Below, in pieces: positions 11,079 to 21,907 of a stretch of DNA of 64,000 nt. Numbering within the stretch: the stretch's first letter is position 1; every line of letters begins with the position of its first letter. A model generated the notes under the pieces. That model searched no databases, was not told the DNA's origin, and saw nothing but the letters and a program-made list of their open reading frames with translations. The position numbers were made by a program, and so were the translations under genes. The stretch is from Burkholderiales bacterium (lineage in GTDB: Bacteria; Pseudomonadota; Gammaproteobacteria; Burkholderiales; SG8-39): assembly GCA_014860395.1 (NCBI GenBank), contig JACZJU010000119.1:5851-69850 (forward strand), read 5' to 3'.

Positions 11079-11522
11079 GTGAGCGAAAGAATCTTTGGCG
11101 CGATGCTGTTGCTCCTCAGTATCGCCGGCGTGTATATCGGCTGGGATCTCAAGGCTCCCGTCTCTTACGAGCCGGTGGGCCCCAACACATTTCCGGTGCT
11201 GGTCTTTTCCTTGCTCGCACTGTGCGCGGTCGGCCTCATGGTGACGCAACGGTCACCGACGCAGTGGCCGCCTGCGCATGTATTGCGGCGCATCCTTGGC
11301 ATGTTCCTCGTCATCCTGGCCTACGCCTGGCTCTTCGACAGGCTGGGCTTCGTCTTGTCGACCTTCCTCATGACCATTCCGCTGGCGCGTGCATTCGGCA
11401 GCACCTGGATGCAGGCGGTCGCCGGCGCGTTGGGCATGAGCCTGTCCTTTTATTTCATCTTCGATCGACTGCTGGACGTTGCCTTGCCGGCAGGCCGTTG
11501 GCTCAAGCCGCTATTGGGGTAG
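11079..11522 (+). CDS. tctB: tripartite tricarboxylate transporter small membrane subunit TctB
   Basis: The ORF is 11064..11522 (TTG). GTG 11079 lies behind GGGAG. It has four predicted hydrophobic helices and sits between tctC and tctA. Confidence 0.7.
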   Translation: MSERIFGAMLLLLSIAGVYIGWDLKAPVSYEPVGPNTFPVLVFSLLALCAVGLMVTQRSPTQWPPAHVLRRILGMFLVILAYAWLFDRLGFVLSTFLMTIPLARAFGSTWMQAVAGALGMSLSFYFIFDRLLDVALPAGRWLKPLLG

Positions 11523-11525
11523 ATC

Positions 11526-13046
11526 ATGGAAGTGATCAATCATCTGTTGAATGGATTCGTGGTCGCCGGCAGTCCGATCAACCTGGAAATGGCGCTGATC
11601 GGCGCGTTTCTGGGCACCATCGTCGGCATGCTGCCCGGACTGGGACCGATCAACGGGGTTGCAATCCTGCTGCCCATCGCCTACGCGATGAAAATCCCCG
11701 CCGAATCCTCGTTGATTCTGCTCACCGCGGTGTATGCCGGCTGCGAGTTCGGTGGGCGCATCTCCGCCATTCTGATCAATGTTCCCGGCGATGCGGGGGC
11801 GGTGATGACGACCCTCGATGGTTACCCGATGGCGCGCAAAGGACTGGCCGGACCCGCGTTGTCGATCTCCGCGCTGGCGTCATTTTGCGGCTCGGTGATT
11901 GCCACGCTCGGCATCGTTGCATTTGCACCGATACTATCCAAATGGGCTTTGGCTTTCGGTCCCGCGGAGTATTTCGTGCTGATGGTGCTGGCCCTTTCCT
12001 GCCTGGGCGGACTGGTCGGCGACTCCATGCTCAAGGCGCTGATCGCCTGCCTGCTCGGCTTGATGTTTTCCTGCGTGGGAATCGATTCCAACAGCGGCGT
12101 CTACCGCTACACCTTCGATTTGATTCATCTGTCCGACGGCATTCCCTTTATCGTCGTGGTGATAGGTGTGTTTGCGGTGAGCGAACTGATGCTGATGCTG
12201 CAAAACCTGCACGCGGGTGCCAAGGCGGTGCCGGTTAGCGGTCGCATCATGTTCAACCTGCAGGAGTTGGCGCTGACCAAGTGGACCATCCTGCGCTCCT
12301 CGGTGGTTGGATTCTTCATCGGCGTGCTCCCGGGCGCGGGCGCCTCGATCGCGTCGGCGATGACCTACTCGATGGAACGTCGCATCGCCGGTTCCGATCA
12401 TTGCTTCGGCGAAGGCGATCCGCGCGGCGTTGCGGCGCCGGAAGCCGCCAACAATGCCTCGGCCTACGGCTCGCTGATTCCTATGCTGACCCTGGGCGTG
12501 CCGGGCTCGGGTACCACAGCGGTGCTGATCGGCGCGCTGACGCTGTACAACATCACGCCCGGCCCGATGTTGTTTCAGGAGCATCCGGTCATGGTCTGGA
12601 GCCTGATCGCCTCGATGTTCATCGCCAGCGTCATGCTGTTGGTGATGAATATTCCGCTGATCAAGTTTTTCGTGAAATTTCTCAGCATCCCCAACTGGCT
12701 GTTGGTTCCCGGCATCGCCGCAGTATCGCTGATTGGGGTTTATGCGATCCACGGCACCAGCTTCGACCTGGTGCTGGGAACGCTGCTCGGCGGCTTGGGT
12801 TACGGCCTGCGCGTGATGAATTTCCCGATGGCGCCGTTCATCCTCGGATTCGTGCTCGGCGATATGATGGAGCAGAACCTGCGCCGCGCGCTGTCGATCA
12901 GCAATGGCGAGATCGCCATACTGTTCGCCAGCCCCATCAGCATCGGGCTCTGGGTCGCAGCGCTGGCAATGCTGGTCGGGCCGCGCCTGTTCAAGGCGCT
13001 CAGCAAGCCATCGGGCGCGGAACCGGGCGCAAAAGCGCCGGGGTAA
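11526..13046 (+). CDS. tctA: tripartite tricarboxylate transporter large permease TctA
   Basis: 506 aa polytopic membrane protein with a typical TctA N-terminus (GMLPGLGP..A). Confidence 0.9.
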   Translation: MEVINHLLNGFVVAGSPINLEMALIGAFLGTIVGMLPGLGPINGVAILLPIAYAMKIPAESSLILLTAVYAGCEFGGRISAILINVPGDAGAVMTTLDGYPMARKGLAGPALSISALASFCGSVIATLGIVAFAPILSKWALAFGPAEYFVLMVLALSCLGGLVGDSMLKALIACLLGLMFSCVGIDSNSGVYRYTFDLIHLSDGIPFIVVVIGVFAVSELMLMLQNLHAGAKAVPVSGRIMFNLQELALTKWTILRSSVVGFFIGVLPGAGASIASAMTYSMERRIAGSDHCFGEGDPRGVAAPEAANNASAYGSLIPMLTLGVPGSGTTAVLIGALTLYNITPGPMLFQEHPVMVWSLIASMFIASVMLLVMNIPLIKFFVKFLSIPNWLLVPGIAAVSLIGVYAIHGTSFDLVLGTLLGGLGYGLRVMNFPMAPFILGFVLGDMMEQNLRRALSISNGEIAILFASPISIGLWVAALAMLVGPRLFKALSKPSGAEPGAKAPG

Positions 13047-13130
13047 TGCCGCCGGGCCGGGCCGCACCGAACTTTCCAGTGCCGGGCATCCGCCGGCAAT
13101 AGCTTCCGCAATATTTCTTCGGGGCCGGAT

Positions 13131-14543
13131 TCAATCCTGCGCCAAGGGAAGGCGGACTTCGGCCGTGAGGCCATTGCCGCCTGCGCCATCGACAAGGCGC
13201 ACCTCGCCCCCGTGTCCCCAGCAGATTTCGCGCACGATCGACAATCCCAGACCGCTGCCTGCGCTATCGCCGGTGCCCGGAACGCGATAAAAGCGCTGAA
13301 ATACCTTTTCGCGCTCGGACTCCGGAATTCCCGGGCCATTGTCGCTGACCCGGAGGAGCGCCCAGCCGCCTTCCGTGCCGACATGCAACACGACCTGGCC
13401 CCGATGCGGCGTATAGCGCAGCGCGTTGTCGACGAGGTTGGAGATCATCTCGCGCAGCATGGTCGCGTTGCCGGAGATCAAGACGGAGGGGGCCGGCGCT
13501 TCGAACGCAAGATCGATGGACTTTTTCAAGGCCAGCGACGCCAGTTCCCCGGCGACTTCGTGCGCGAGATCCGCCAGGTTTAGCGTGGCGTGCGCGTCGA
13601 TCAACCCATTGGCCGGTTCGGCGCGGGCCAAAGTCAGCATTTGATCGGCCATCCGCTGCGCCCCTCGAATACTTGTGAGCAGACTGGAAAAGGTGAGCCG
13701 CATGTCTTCCGGATTGCTCTGACGGCGACCATATTCTGCCTGGGTTCCCAGAACCGTAAGCGGGGTGCGGATCTGATGCGCCGCATCCGCGAGAAAGCGC
13801 CGCCTCGCGTTCAGCATTGCAGCCAATCGCCCCATGTGATGATTGATTGCCTCGATCAGCGGGGACAGTTCGTAGGGAATATCTGCCTGCGGTATCGGTG
13901 TCAGGTCTTCCTCGTGGCGGGCGAGGATAGTGCTGCGCAGGTGCAGCAAGGGCCGGAAGGCGCTGCTAAGCGCAATCATGACCAGGATCACCCCCAAGAT
14001 GATCAATAACACCTGTCGCCGCAGGCCGCCGGTAAATAGGTCCAGCGCAAGCCGTGTGCGCGCCCCGGTAGTCTCGGCAAACAACACTGTAACCGTATCG
14101 CCGCCGACCAGTTCCGGGTCGTAGAGGCGCTTGCCCAGGGCCGCCAGGCGTATCGACTGCCGGCGAAACTGGGTATCGAGCATTGTCGGTTCGTCGGTGT
14201 GCACTGCGATTGGCGGGGGGAGCAGATCGTCGTAACCGGTCAGATGCTCGCCGGCAGGTCCGATCACGGCGTAGTAGACGCGCTCCTGTACGCCTTCTTC
14301 GAAGATATCGAGCGCCGAATAGGGAATGTCCACCGAAATACGGCCACCGGTGGCATGTATATTTTCGGCAAGGCTTTTGAGCGAGGCGGTCAAAGAGCGG
14401 TCGTAGGCCCGGTTCGCCGCATCCATTGCGACCTTGTAGGACCAGAGCGCGTTGAGCAACAGCAGCACCGCGAGCGGCGGCAGCAGCCACCAGGCGACCC
14501 GCCTGCGCAGGCTGGATGCGCGGATCCCTGCGTCATTGCTCAT
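13131..14543 (-). CDS. sensor histidine kinase (TctE-like, two TM segments plus HisKA/HATPase)
   Basis: The ORF is 13131..14663. The internal ATG 14543 (MSNDAGIRAS..) overlaps the regulator stop by 11 nt. It has the H-box FLADAAHQIRTPL and a G-box GSGLGLSIV. Confidence 0.8.
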   Translation of the reverse strand: MSNDAGIRASSLRRRVAWWLLPPLAVLLLLNALWSYKVAMDAANRAYDRSLTASLKSLAENIHATGGRISVDIPYSALDIFEEGVQERVYYAVIGPAGEHLTGYDDLLPPPIAVHTDEPTMLDTQFRRQSIRLAALGKRLYDPELVGGDTVTVLFAETTGARTRLALDLFTGGLRRQVLLIILGVILVMIALSSAFRPLLHLRSTILARHEEDLTPIPQADIPYELSPLIEAINHHMGRLAAMLNARRRFLADAAHQIRTPLTVLGTQAEYGRRQSNPEDMRLTFSSLLTSIRGAQRMADQMLTLARAEPANGLIDAHATLNLADLAHEVAGELASLALKKSIDLAFEAPAPSVLISGNATMLREMISNLVDNALRYTPHRGQVVLHVGTEGGWALLRVSDNGPGIPESEREKVFQRFYRVPGTGDSAGSGLGLSIVREICWGHGGEVRLVDGAGGNGLTAEVRLPLAQD

Positions 14544-15213
14544 CGGTGGCCTCGCCCAGCATGTAGCCCAAGCCGCGCATGGTGCTGACCACTGCGCCCG
14601 AGCGCTCCAACTTCTTGCGCAGCCGGTGTACGTAGATCTCGATCGCTTCGCTGCGCGCCTCATGGTCCATGTCGAACACCTTCGCGAACAGCATTTCCCG
14701 GCTTACAGGCTTGCCTAGACGGGAAATCAGCACTTCGAGCACCGCGAGTTCGCGCGGCGTCAGTCCCAGGGACTTGCCTTCGACAGTGGCGACGCGTGTA
14801 TTGGCGTCGAATTCGAGTTTGCCGATGCGCACCAGGGTTTCCATATTGCCGCTGCGGCGCAGCAGCGCCCGGATTCGCGCCTCGAGTTCCGCGAAATCGA
14901 AAGGCTTGGGCAAATAGTCGTCAGCCCCAAGATTGAGGCCCCGGATTCTCTCCTCCGGCGAACCGTGTGCGGTCAGGATCAATACCGGAAGCCTGACCGT
15001 CTTTTCATGGTGGCGAATCCAGCGCAATACCTCGAGTCCATCCATGCCGGGGAGGGACAGATCGAGGATAATCAGGTCGTAAGCTTGTGTTAGCAGTGCC
15101 GCACAGGCATGATCACCGCGCGCGACGACATCCATTGCGAAGCCCGACTGGCGCAGCGTCTTGGAAACCCAGACGGCCAGCTCCGCATGGTCTTCAACTA
15201 GAAGGAGTCGCAT
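14533..15213 (-). CDS. OmpR-family response regulator (TctD-like)
   Basis: 226 aa, with a receiver domain (LLVEDH..D..LPGMDG) and a winged-helix output (LTPRELAVLE..RLRKKL). Confidence 0.85.
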   Translation of the reverse strand: MRLLLVEDHAELAVWVSKTLRQSGFAMDVVARGDHACAALLTQAYDLIILDLSLPGMDGLEVLRWIRHHEKTVRLPVLILTAHGSPEERIRGLNLGADDYLPKPFDFAELEARIRALLRRSGNMETLVRIGKLEFDANTRVATVEGKSLGLTPRELAVLEVLISRLGKPVSREMLFAKVFDMDHEARSEAIEIYVHRLRKKLERSGAVVSTMRGLGYMLGEATDEQ

Positions 15214-15337
15214 GGTGGTTTAGGGCGCTTGGAAGGTAGTAGCGCCGAGTATGCTGCCCTAAAACCGGCACGGTGGGTAGCCCGGAGTCGTCCTCCGGCG
15301 CGCAGGCTCGATCTAGTGGCGAAGAGGTAAACGGGGC

Positions 15338-16423
15338 ATGAGACTCTCCTTGGCAGGACATCGCGTCGCGCTGCTCGTGCTGATCGCAATTTGCTCGTCG
15401 CCTGCAATGGCCGCCACGGTGGTCGTTTATGCCTCCACCGACCTGCAGGTGGTCAAGCCCCTGATCGCCGACTTCGAGATGCTCTACCCGGAAGTCAAGG
15501 TCGATTACCACGAACTGAATTCGACCGAACTCTATGCGCGCTTTCTGCGGGAAGCCGGGACTGAAAGCCGCGCGGACGTCGTCTGGAGTTCCGCGATGGA
15601 CTTGCAGATGAAGCTGGTCAACGACGGCCATGCGCAGCCATACAAGTCGGCGCAGACGGAGGCGCTGCCGCCCTGGGCGGTTTGGAAGAACGAGGCTTTC
15701 GGGACCACCTACGAGCCGGTCGGTTTCGTGTACAACCGCAAGTTGCTGGGGGCGGATAGTGTCCCGCAATCGCATGCGGAACTGCAGCGACTGCTGAAGG
15801 AACATCCCGATCGTTTTTCCGGCCGGGTGACCACCTACGATCCCCATCGCTCGGGCTTGGGTTACCTTCTGCACAGCCAGGATCTGGAAGCCAACCCGGT
15901 ATTGTTCTGGAATCTGATCGCGATGCTGGGCGCGGCCGGCTTGGATACGGAGCCGACCACCGCGGCGATGATAGACCGGATCACCAGCGGCCGCGCGGTT
16001 CTGGGCTACAACGTGCTGAGCTCCTATGCATTATCCCGCGCCGCTTCGGACGAGCGCATCGGCATCGTCTTGCCGCGTGACTATACGCTGGTGATGAGCC
16101 GGATAGCCTTCATCAGCAGATACGCGCCGCATCCGGACAGCGCGCGCATCTGGCTGGACTACTTGCTTTCGGTCCGCGGACAGGCGGTGTTGAACCGGAT
16201 CGGATTGTTGTCCGTGCGCAGCGACGTGGCGGGTGAGGGTACTTCCGGCGCATTGCGCAGGAGATTGGGCAATGCGTTTCGACCAATCGTGCTTGGCACC
16301 GGTCTGCTGACCTATCTGGACCAGATGAAACGGCAAATATTTCTCGACCGCTGGGATGGGGCTTTGGGCTTGACCGTGCAGGATTTGCCGTCACGTCCGG
16401 TGGCGGCGCGGAAAACGGACTGA
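15338..16423 (+). CDS. periplasmic solute-binding protein (family 1, iron/thiamine-type fold), orphan
   Basis: 361 aa with a signal peptide (SSPAMAATVVVYAST). No adjacent permease or ATPase. It is divergent from the two-component pair. Confidence 0.7.
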   Translation: MRLSLAGHRVALLVLIAICSSPAMAATVVVYASTDLQVVKPLIADFEMLYPEVKVDYHELNSTELYARFLREAGTESRADVVWSSAMDLQMKLVNDGHAQPYKSAQTEALPPWAVWKNEAFGTTYEPVGFVYNRKLLGADSVPQSHAELQRLLKEHPDRFSGRVTTYDPHRSGLGYLLHSQDLEANPVLFWNLIAMLGAAGLDTEPTTAAMIDRITSGRAVLGYNVLSSYALSRAASDERIGIVLPRDYTLVMSRIAFISRYAPHPDSARIWLDYLLSVRGQAVLNRIGLLSVRSDVAGEGTSGALRRRLGNAFRPIVLGTGLLTYLDQMKRQIFLDRWDGALGLTVQDLPSRPVAARKTD

Positions 16424-16460
16424 TGAGTACAGTGGCGCCGGTTCCGGGCGCAGCTCAGAC

Positions 16461-17189
16461 CTAATGGTGCAGAATTTTTGACAGGAACTGCTGCGCCCGC
16501 TCCGAGCGCGGCTTGCCGAAAAAATCGTCCTTGGTGGCGTCCTCGACGATCGCGCCTTCGTCCATGAATATGACCCGGTGCGCCACCTTGCGCGCGAATC
16601 CCATCTCGTGGGATACGCACATCATGGTCATGCCTTCCTCGGCCAGTTGGACCATCACGTCGAGCACTTCGTTGATCATCTCCGGGTCCAGCGCCGAGGT
16701 CGGCTCGTCGAACAGCATGGCGATCGGGTCCATCGACAGCGCCCGCGCGATGGCGACGCGCTGCTGCTGGCCGCCGGAGAGCTGACTCGGATATTTATCC
16801 TTTTGCGCGATCAGGCCGACGCGGTCGAGCATCTTCAGCCCCCGCTCCACCGCTTCGTCCGGGCTGCGCCGGAGTACCTTGATCTGGCCCAAGGTCAGGT
16901 TCTCGGTGATTTTCATGTGCGGGAATAGTTCGAAATTCTGGAACACCATGCCGATCCTGGCGCGCAGCTTGGGCAGGTCGGTCTTCGGATCGCCCACCGA
17001 GACGCCGTCGACGGTGATTTCCCCCTGCTGGAACGGCTCGAGCGCGTTGACGGTCTTGATCAGGGTCGATTTTCCCGAGCCGGACGGACCGCATACCACC
17101 ACCACCTCTCCCTTGTTGACGTGGGTGGAGCAGTGCTTGAGCACCTGGAAGCTGCCGTACCACTTGCTGACGTCTTTTATCGAAATCAT
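16461..17189 (-). CDS. polar amino-acid ABC transporter ATP-binding protein (GlnQ/GltL-like), orphan
   Basis: 242 aa with Walker [10 protein letters not shown], the signature [15 protein letters not shown], and Walker [12 protein letters not shown]. No cognate permease on the same strand. Confidence 0.85.
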   Translation of the reverse strand: MISIKDVSKWYGSFQVLKHCSTHVNKGEVVVVCGPSGSGKSTLIKTVNALEPFQQGEITVDGVSVGDPKTDLPKLRARIGMVFQNFELFPHMKITENLTLGQIKVLRRSPDEAVERGLKMLDRVGLIAQKDKYPSQLSGGQQQRVAIARALSMDPIAMLFDEPTSALDPEMINEVLDVMVQLAEEGMTMMCVSHEMGFARKVAHRVIFMDEGAIVEDATKDDFFGKPRSERAQQFLSKILHH

Positions 17190-17609
17190 GCGTACCCCGG
17201 GGATTTGATTTCTGGTGGATTAGCGCGACCTTCTAATGCAAATGCCTGACCGTGGCTACAGCGTAAAGGACGGAAAGTAACAGATCAATGCGACAAACAG
17301 CGGGCGCGAACGGTCTGGCGACTTCGCAGCCTAACATTGCCCGGGTCGGAATCGAACCGTCTATTCTCGCTGCTGAAGAAAGAGAGCCACGCCGGCAAGC
17401 GTTGGACTTGACCGTATTTTCGGAATTGCCGCGGGTGAATTTTGGGGGCACAATTGCTCCCGGGGCACGTAGGGCGGACGCCCGGAAGAATATCGGCCTG
17501 ATGTACGGGGGCCGCGCGCTTTGTCCTGTCACCGACGTGTTGGCATGAGGCCACAAGGCGCGGAATGTCTCGTTATTCCCAACGAAGCAAAACCACCGAG
17601 GAGATTCTT

Positions 17610-18629
17610 ATGAAAATGCGCACAATGATGACCGTGGTTTCGACGGTGGCCTTGGCGATCGCGGCGGGCACCGCCCATGCCGGAGCAACCTTCGACGCGG
17701 TAAAGAAGAAAGGCTTCGTGCAGTGCGGTGTGAATAGCGGCCTCCCCGGATTTTCCGCGCCGGACGACAAGGGTGTCTGGAAGGGCATCGACGTCGACGT
17801 CTGCCGCGCGGTCGCCGCGGCCGTTTTCGGCGACGCCAGCAAGGTGAAATTCACGCCGCTCACGGCAAAGGAGCGCTTCACGGCGCTGCAGTCCGGCGAA
17901 ATCGACATCCTGTCCCGAAACACCACCTGGACCGTGACGCGCGACGGCGGGCTGGGTATCAGCTTCACCGGCGTGACCTACTACGACGGTCAGGGCTTCC
18001 TTATCAAGAAGAAGCTCAAAGTGAAAAGCGCGCTCAAGCTGAGCGGGGCCACGGTGTGCGTGCAGTCGGGCACCACGACCGAGCTGAACCTGGCGGACTA
18101 CTTCGGCCTGCACAAGATGAAGTTCAAACCGGTGGTGTACGACACGGCCGACGAGACCGTAAAGTCGTTCGAGGCCGGGCGCTGCGACGTGCTCACCAGC
18201 GACCAGTCGCAGCTCTACGCGCTGCGCATCAAGCTTGCCCAGCCAGACAGTGCTGTCGTGCTGCCTGAAATTATCTCCAAGGAACCCCTGGGTCCGTCGG
18301 TCCGGCAAGGCGACGCGGAGTGGTTCAACATCGTGCGCTGGAGCCTGTTTGCGATGCTCGACGCCGAGGAACTGGGCGTGAACTCGAAGAATGCCGACGA
18401 GATGAAGACCAGCAAGAACCCCGAAGTGAAGCGCCTTCTGGGCGTTGATGTCATCAAGCACGGGCTTGGCGTCAACGATGACTGGGCTTACCAGATCGTC
18501 AAGCAGGTCGGCAACTACGCCGAGGTGTTCGATCGCAACGTGGGCGCGGGTAGTCCCCTCAAGATCGCCCGTGGCCTGAACGCGCTGTGGAACAAGGGCG
18601 GGATACAGTACGCACCGCCGATACGCTAG
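17610..18629 (+). CDS. aapJ: general L-amino-acid ABC transporter substrate-binding protein
   Basis: The ORF is 17565..18629. ATG 17610 lies behind GAGGAG. It has a signal peptide (AIAAGTAHA) and belongs to SBP family 3. It is first in a J-Q-M-P gene order. Confidence 0.85.
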   Translation: MKMRTMMTVVSTVALAIAAGTAHAGATFDAVKKKGFVQCGVNSGLPGFSAPDDKGVWKGIDVDVCRAVAAAVFGDASKVKFTPLTAKERFTALQSGEIDILSRNTTWTVTRDGGLGISFTGVTYYDGQGFLIKKKLKVKSALKLSGATVCVQSGTTTELNLADYFGLHKMKFKPVVYDTADETVKSFEAGRCDVLTSDQSQLYALRIKLAQPDSAVVLPEIISKEPLGPSVRQGDAEWFNIVRWSLFAMLDAEELGVNSKNADEMKTSKNPEVKRLLGVDVIKHGLGVNDDWAYQIVKQVGNYAEVFDRNVGAGSPLKIARGLNALWNKGGIQYAPPIR

Positions 18630-18723
18630 GCCCGCATCCGGCCTGATGTAAACGGGCGCGCGCCGCCTTGCGCCGCGGCGCGCGCAGTTCCGATTTGCTC
18701 CGAGACCTGAAGGCGCCAGATCA

Positions 18724-19914
18724 ATGACGCAGATGACGGATCCCACGGGTGCGCCACCGAGGCCGCCGTTCTGGAACGACCCCAAGATCCGGGCAATCGT
18801 TTTTCAGGTAGTGGTGACCCTGGGCGTTATCGCCGTCGGGGTCTACCTCGTGCGCAACCTCATGCACAACCTCGAGGTTCGCGGCATCTCGACGGGCTTT
18901 GGTTTCCTCGAAAATCGCGCCGGCTTCGCCATCAACCAGTCGCTGATAGCCTACGACCAGACCTCGTCCTACGGGCGCACGTTCTTCGTGGGCCTGCTCA
19001 ACACCTTGCTGGTTTCGGGCCTCGGCATCGTGCTCGCCACGATCCTCGGCTTCATCATCGGCATCGCGCGGCTTTCACGCAACTGGCTCATCTCGAAGCT
19101 GGCGGCGGCCTATATCGAAATCTTTCGCAATATCCCGCTGCTGCTGCAGATCCTGTTCTGGTATTTCGCAGTGTTCCTGAATCTGCCGCCGCCGAGCGAG
19201 GCTTTGAGCCTGGGGGACGCGGTTTTCCTCACGCAGCGGGGGCTGTACCTGCCGCAGCCGATGGCCCAGAGCGGATTCGGCTGGACCGTGTTCGCGTTCC
19301 TGGCAGCCGCAGTCGCCTCCTACTTTCTCGTGCGCTGGTCGCGCCGCCGCCAGGATCGGACGGGCCAATTGTTCCCTGCGTTCATGGTGTCGCTTGCGCT
19401 GCTCATACTTGTCCCCCTCGGCGCATTCATGGTTACCGGGCGGCCGCTCGCGTGGACCGTGCCTGCGCTCGAGGGATTCAATTTCACCGGCGGCTTGTCG
19501 GTGATTCCGGAGTTGGGCGCATTGCTGGCGGCGCTCTCCATCTACACGGCGGCGTTCATCGCTGAGACCGTGCGTGCCGGCATCCTCGCGGTGTCCCACG
19601 GGCAGACGGAAGCGGCCAGCGCGCTCGGGCTCAGGCGCAGCTGGACGCTGCGGCTGGTGATCCTTCCGCAGGCGATGCGGGTGACGATTCCGCCGCTCAC
19701 CAGCCAGTACCTGAACCTCACCAAGAACTCCTCGCTCGCCACGGCCATCGGCTATCCTGACCTGGTGTCGCTGTTCGCCGGCACGACGCTCAACCAGACC
19801 GGGCAGGCGGTGGAGGTGATGGCCATGACCATGGCGGTCTATCTCGCAATCAGCCTGGTGATCTCGTTCTTCATGAACTGGTATAACGCGCGCATGGCGC
19901 TGGTGGAGCGCTAG
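18724..19914 (+). CDS. aapQ: general L-amino-acid ABC transporter permease
   Basis: 396 aa long-form polar amino-acid permease with an EAA-type loop (EAASALGL). Confidence 0.85.
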   Translation: MTQMTDPTGAPPRPPFWNDPKIRAIVFQVVVTLGVIAVGVYLVRNLMHNLEVRGISTGFGFLENRAGFAINQSLIAYDQTSSYGRTFFVGLLNTLLVSGLGIVLATILGFIIGIARLSRNWLISKLAAAYIEIFRNIPLLLQILFWYFAVFLNLPPPSEALSLGDAVFLTQRGLYLPQPMAQSGFGWTVFAFLAAAVASYFLVRWSRRRQDRTGQLFPAFMVSLALLILVPLGAFMVTGRPLAWTVPALEGFNFTGGLSVIPELGALLAALSIYTAAFIAETVRAGILAVSHGQTEAASALGLRRSWTLRLVILPQAMRVTIPPLTSQYLNLTKNSSLATAIGYPDLVSLFAGTTLNQTGQAVEVMAMTMAVYLAISLVISFFMNWYNARMALVER

Positions 19915-19919
19915 AGGCC

Positions 19920-21020
19920 ATGGCTACCTTGCAGAAACAGGCCGACCTGCTGCCTCCCGTGGTCTCCACCGGGATTGTCGGATGGCTGCGCAAGAACCTG
20001 TTCGACACGCCGTTGAACGCGGCGCTCACGCTGCTTGCGCTCTACCTCCTCTATCTCACCGTTCCGCCCTTCCTGGAGTGGGCGCTGCTCAAGGCCGACT
20101 GGAGCGGCACGCGCAGCGCGGACTGCTCCAGAGCCGGCGCGTGCTGGGTTTTCATCGAGGTGCGCCTGAACCAGTTTATGTACGGCTTCTATCCCGTCGC
20201 GCAGCAGTGGCGCGTGAACCTCACAGTCGCGCTCCTGGTCGTTTTGGTGCTGCCGCTGTTCATCAAGCGATTCGCGCTGAAGCGCTGGCTCGCAGCCTTG
20301 ATCCTCCTCGTCTATCCGGTCATCGCATTCCACCTGCTGGTCGGCGGAAGCTTCGGCCTGGTCCACGTGGAAACCAGCAAATGGGGCGGCCTCTTTCTTA
20401 CCCTGGTGATCGCCGTCGTCGGCATGGTGGCCGCGCTTCCGCTCGGCATCCTGCTCGCGCTCGGTCGCCGCGCCGAGAACATGCCGGTGCTGAAGGCGTT
20501 ATGCGTCGCCTTCATCGAACTGTGGCGCGGCGTTCCGCTGATCACCGTGCTGTTCATGTCCTCGGTGATGCTGCCCTTCTTCCTGCCAGAGGGTCTGAAT
20601 TTCGACAAATTGCTGCGCGCCTTGATAGGTGTAGCCTTGTTTGAGGCTGCATACATGGCGGAGGTGGTGCGCGGCGGACTGCAGGGAATTCCGAAGGGCC
20701 AGTACGAGGCCGCCGATGCGCTGGGCCTGGGATACTGGAAATCGACCTTCCTCGTCACGCTGCCCCAGGCGCTCAAGCTGGTGATCCCGGGCATCGTGAA
20801 CACCTTCATCGCGCTGTTCAAGGACACCAGCCTGGTGCTCATCATCGGGCTGTTCGATCTGCTGGGCAGCATTCAGGCGGCCAACTCCGACACCAACTGG
20901 CTCGGTTTTTCGGTCGAAGGCTACGTGTTCGCGGCCTGCGTCTACTGGGTTTTCTGTTTCGGAATGTCGCGCTACAGCCAGTGGCTCGAGGCGAAATTGC
21001 ACACGGGTCACAAGCGCTGA
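19920..21020 (+). CDS. aapM: general L-amino-acid ABC transporter permease
   Basis: 366 aa, with an EAA loop (YEAADALGLGYW). It starts 5 nt after aapQ. Confidence 0.85.
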   Translation: MATLQKQADLLPPVVSTGIVGWLRKNLFDTPLNAALTLLALYLLYLTVPPFLEWALLKADWSGTRSADCSRAGACWVFIEVRLNQFMYGFYPVAQQWRVNLTVALLVVLVLPLFIKRFALKRWLAALILLVYPVIAFHLLVGGSFGLVHVETSKWGGLFLTLVIAVVGMVAALPLGILLALGRRAENMPVLKALCVAFIELWRGVPLITVLFMSSVMLPFFLPEGLNFDKLLRALIGVALFEAAYMAEVVRGGLQGIPKGQYEAADALGLGYWKSTFLVTLPQALKLVIPGIVNTFIALFKDTSLVLIIGLFDLLGSIQAANSDTNWLGFSVEGYVFAACVYWVFCFGMSRYSQWLEAKLHTGHKR

Positions 21021-21039
21021 GGGGTAAAAGGAGAAGGAT

Positions 21040-21813
<774 letters not shown>

Positions 21814-21907
21814 CGGCGGCTGGTTTAGGCATCCGGCCGGCGCGCGTTGTGGTTAACCCGCGCTCGCCCGAGCCCCGGCGCCCCGCGCTTTTGGGTATGC
21901 TTCGGAC

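Noticed and set aside
17330-17400. tRNA or tmRNA gene on the minus strand (GGTTCGATTCC T-loop-like motif)
   Set aside because: The T stem has a mismatch. No acceptor-stem partner, D arm or anticodon arm can be drawn. There is no tag-peptide reading frame, and a tmRNA-sized element would run into aapJ. At most it is a tRNA 3' fragment.
17440-17465. Sigma-54 promoter (ggggcacaattgct) upstream of aapJ
   Set aside because: The GG and GC elements are separated by about 7 nt instead of the required 10, so it does not fit TGGCAC-N5-TTGC.
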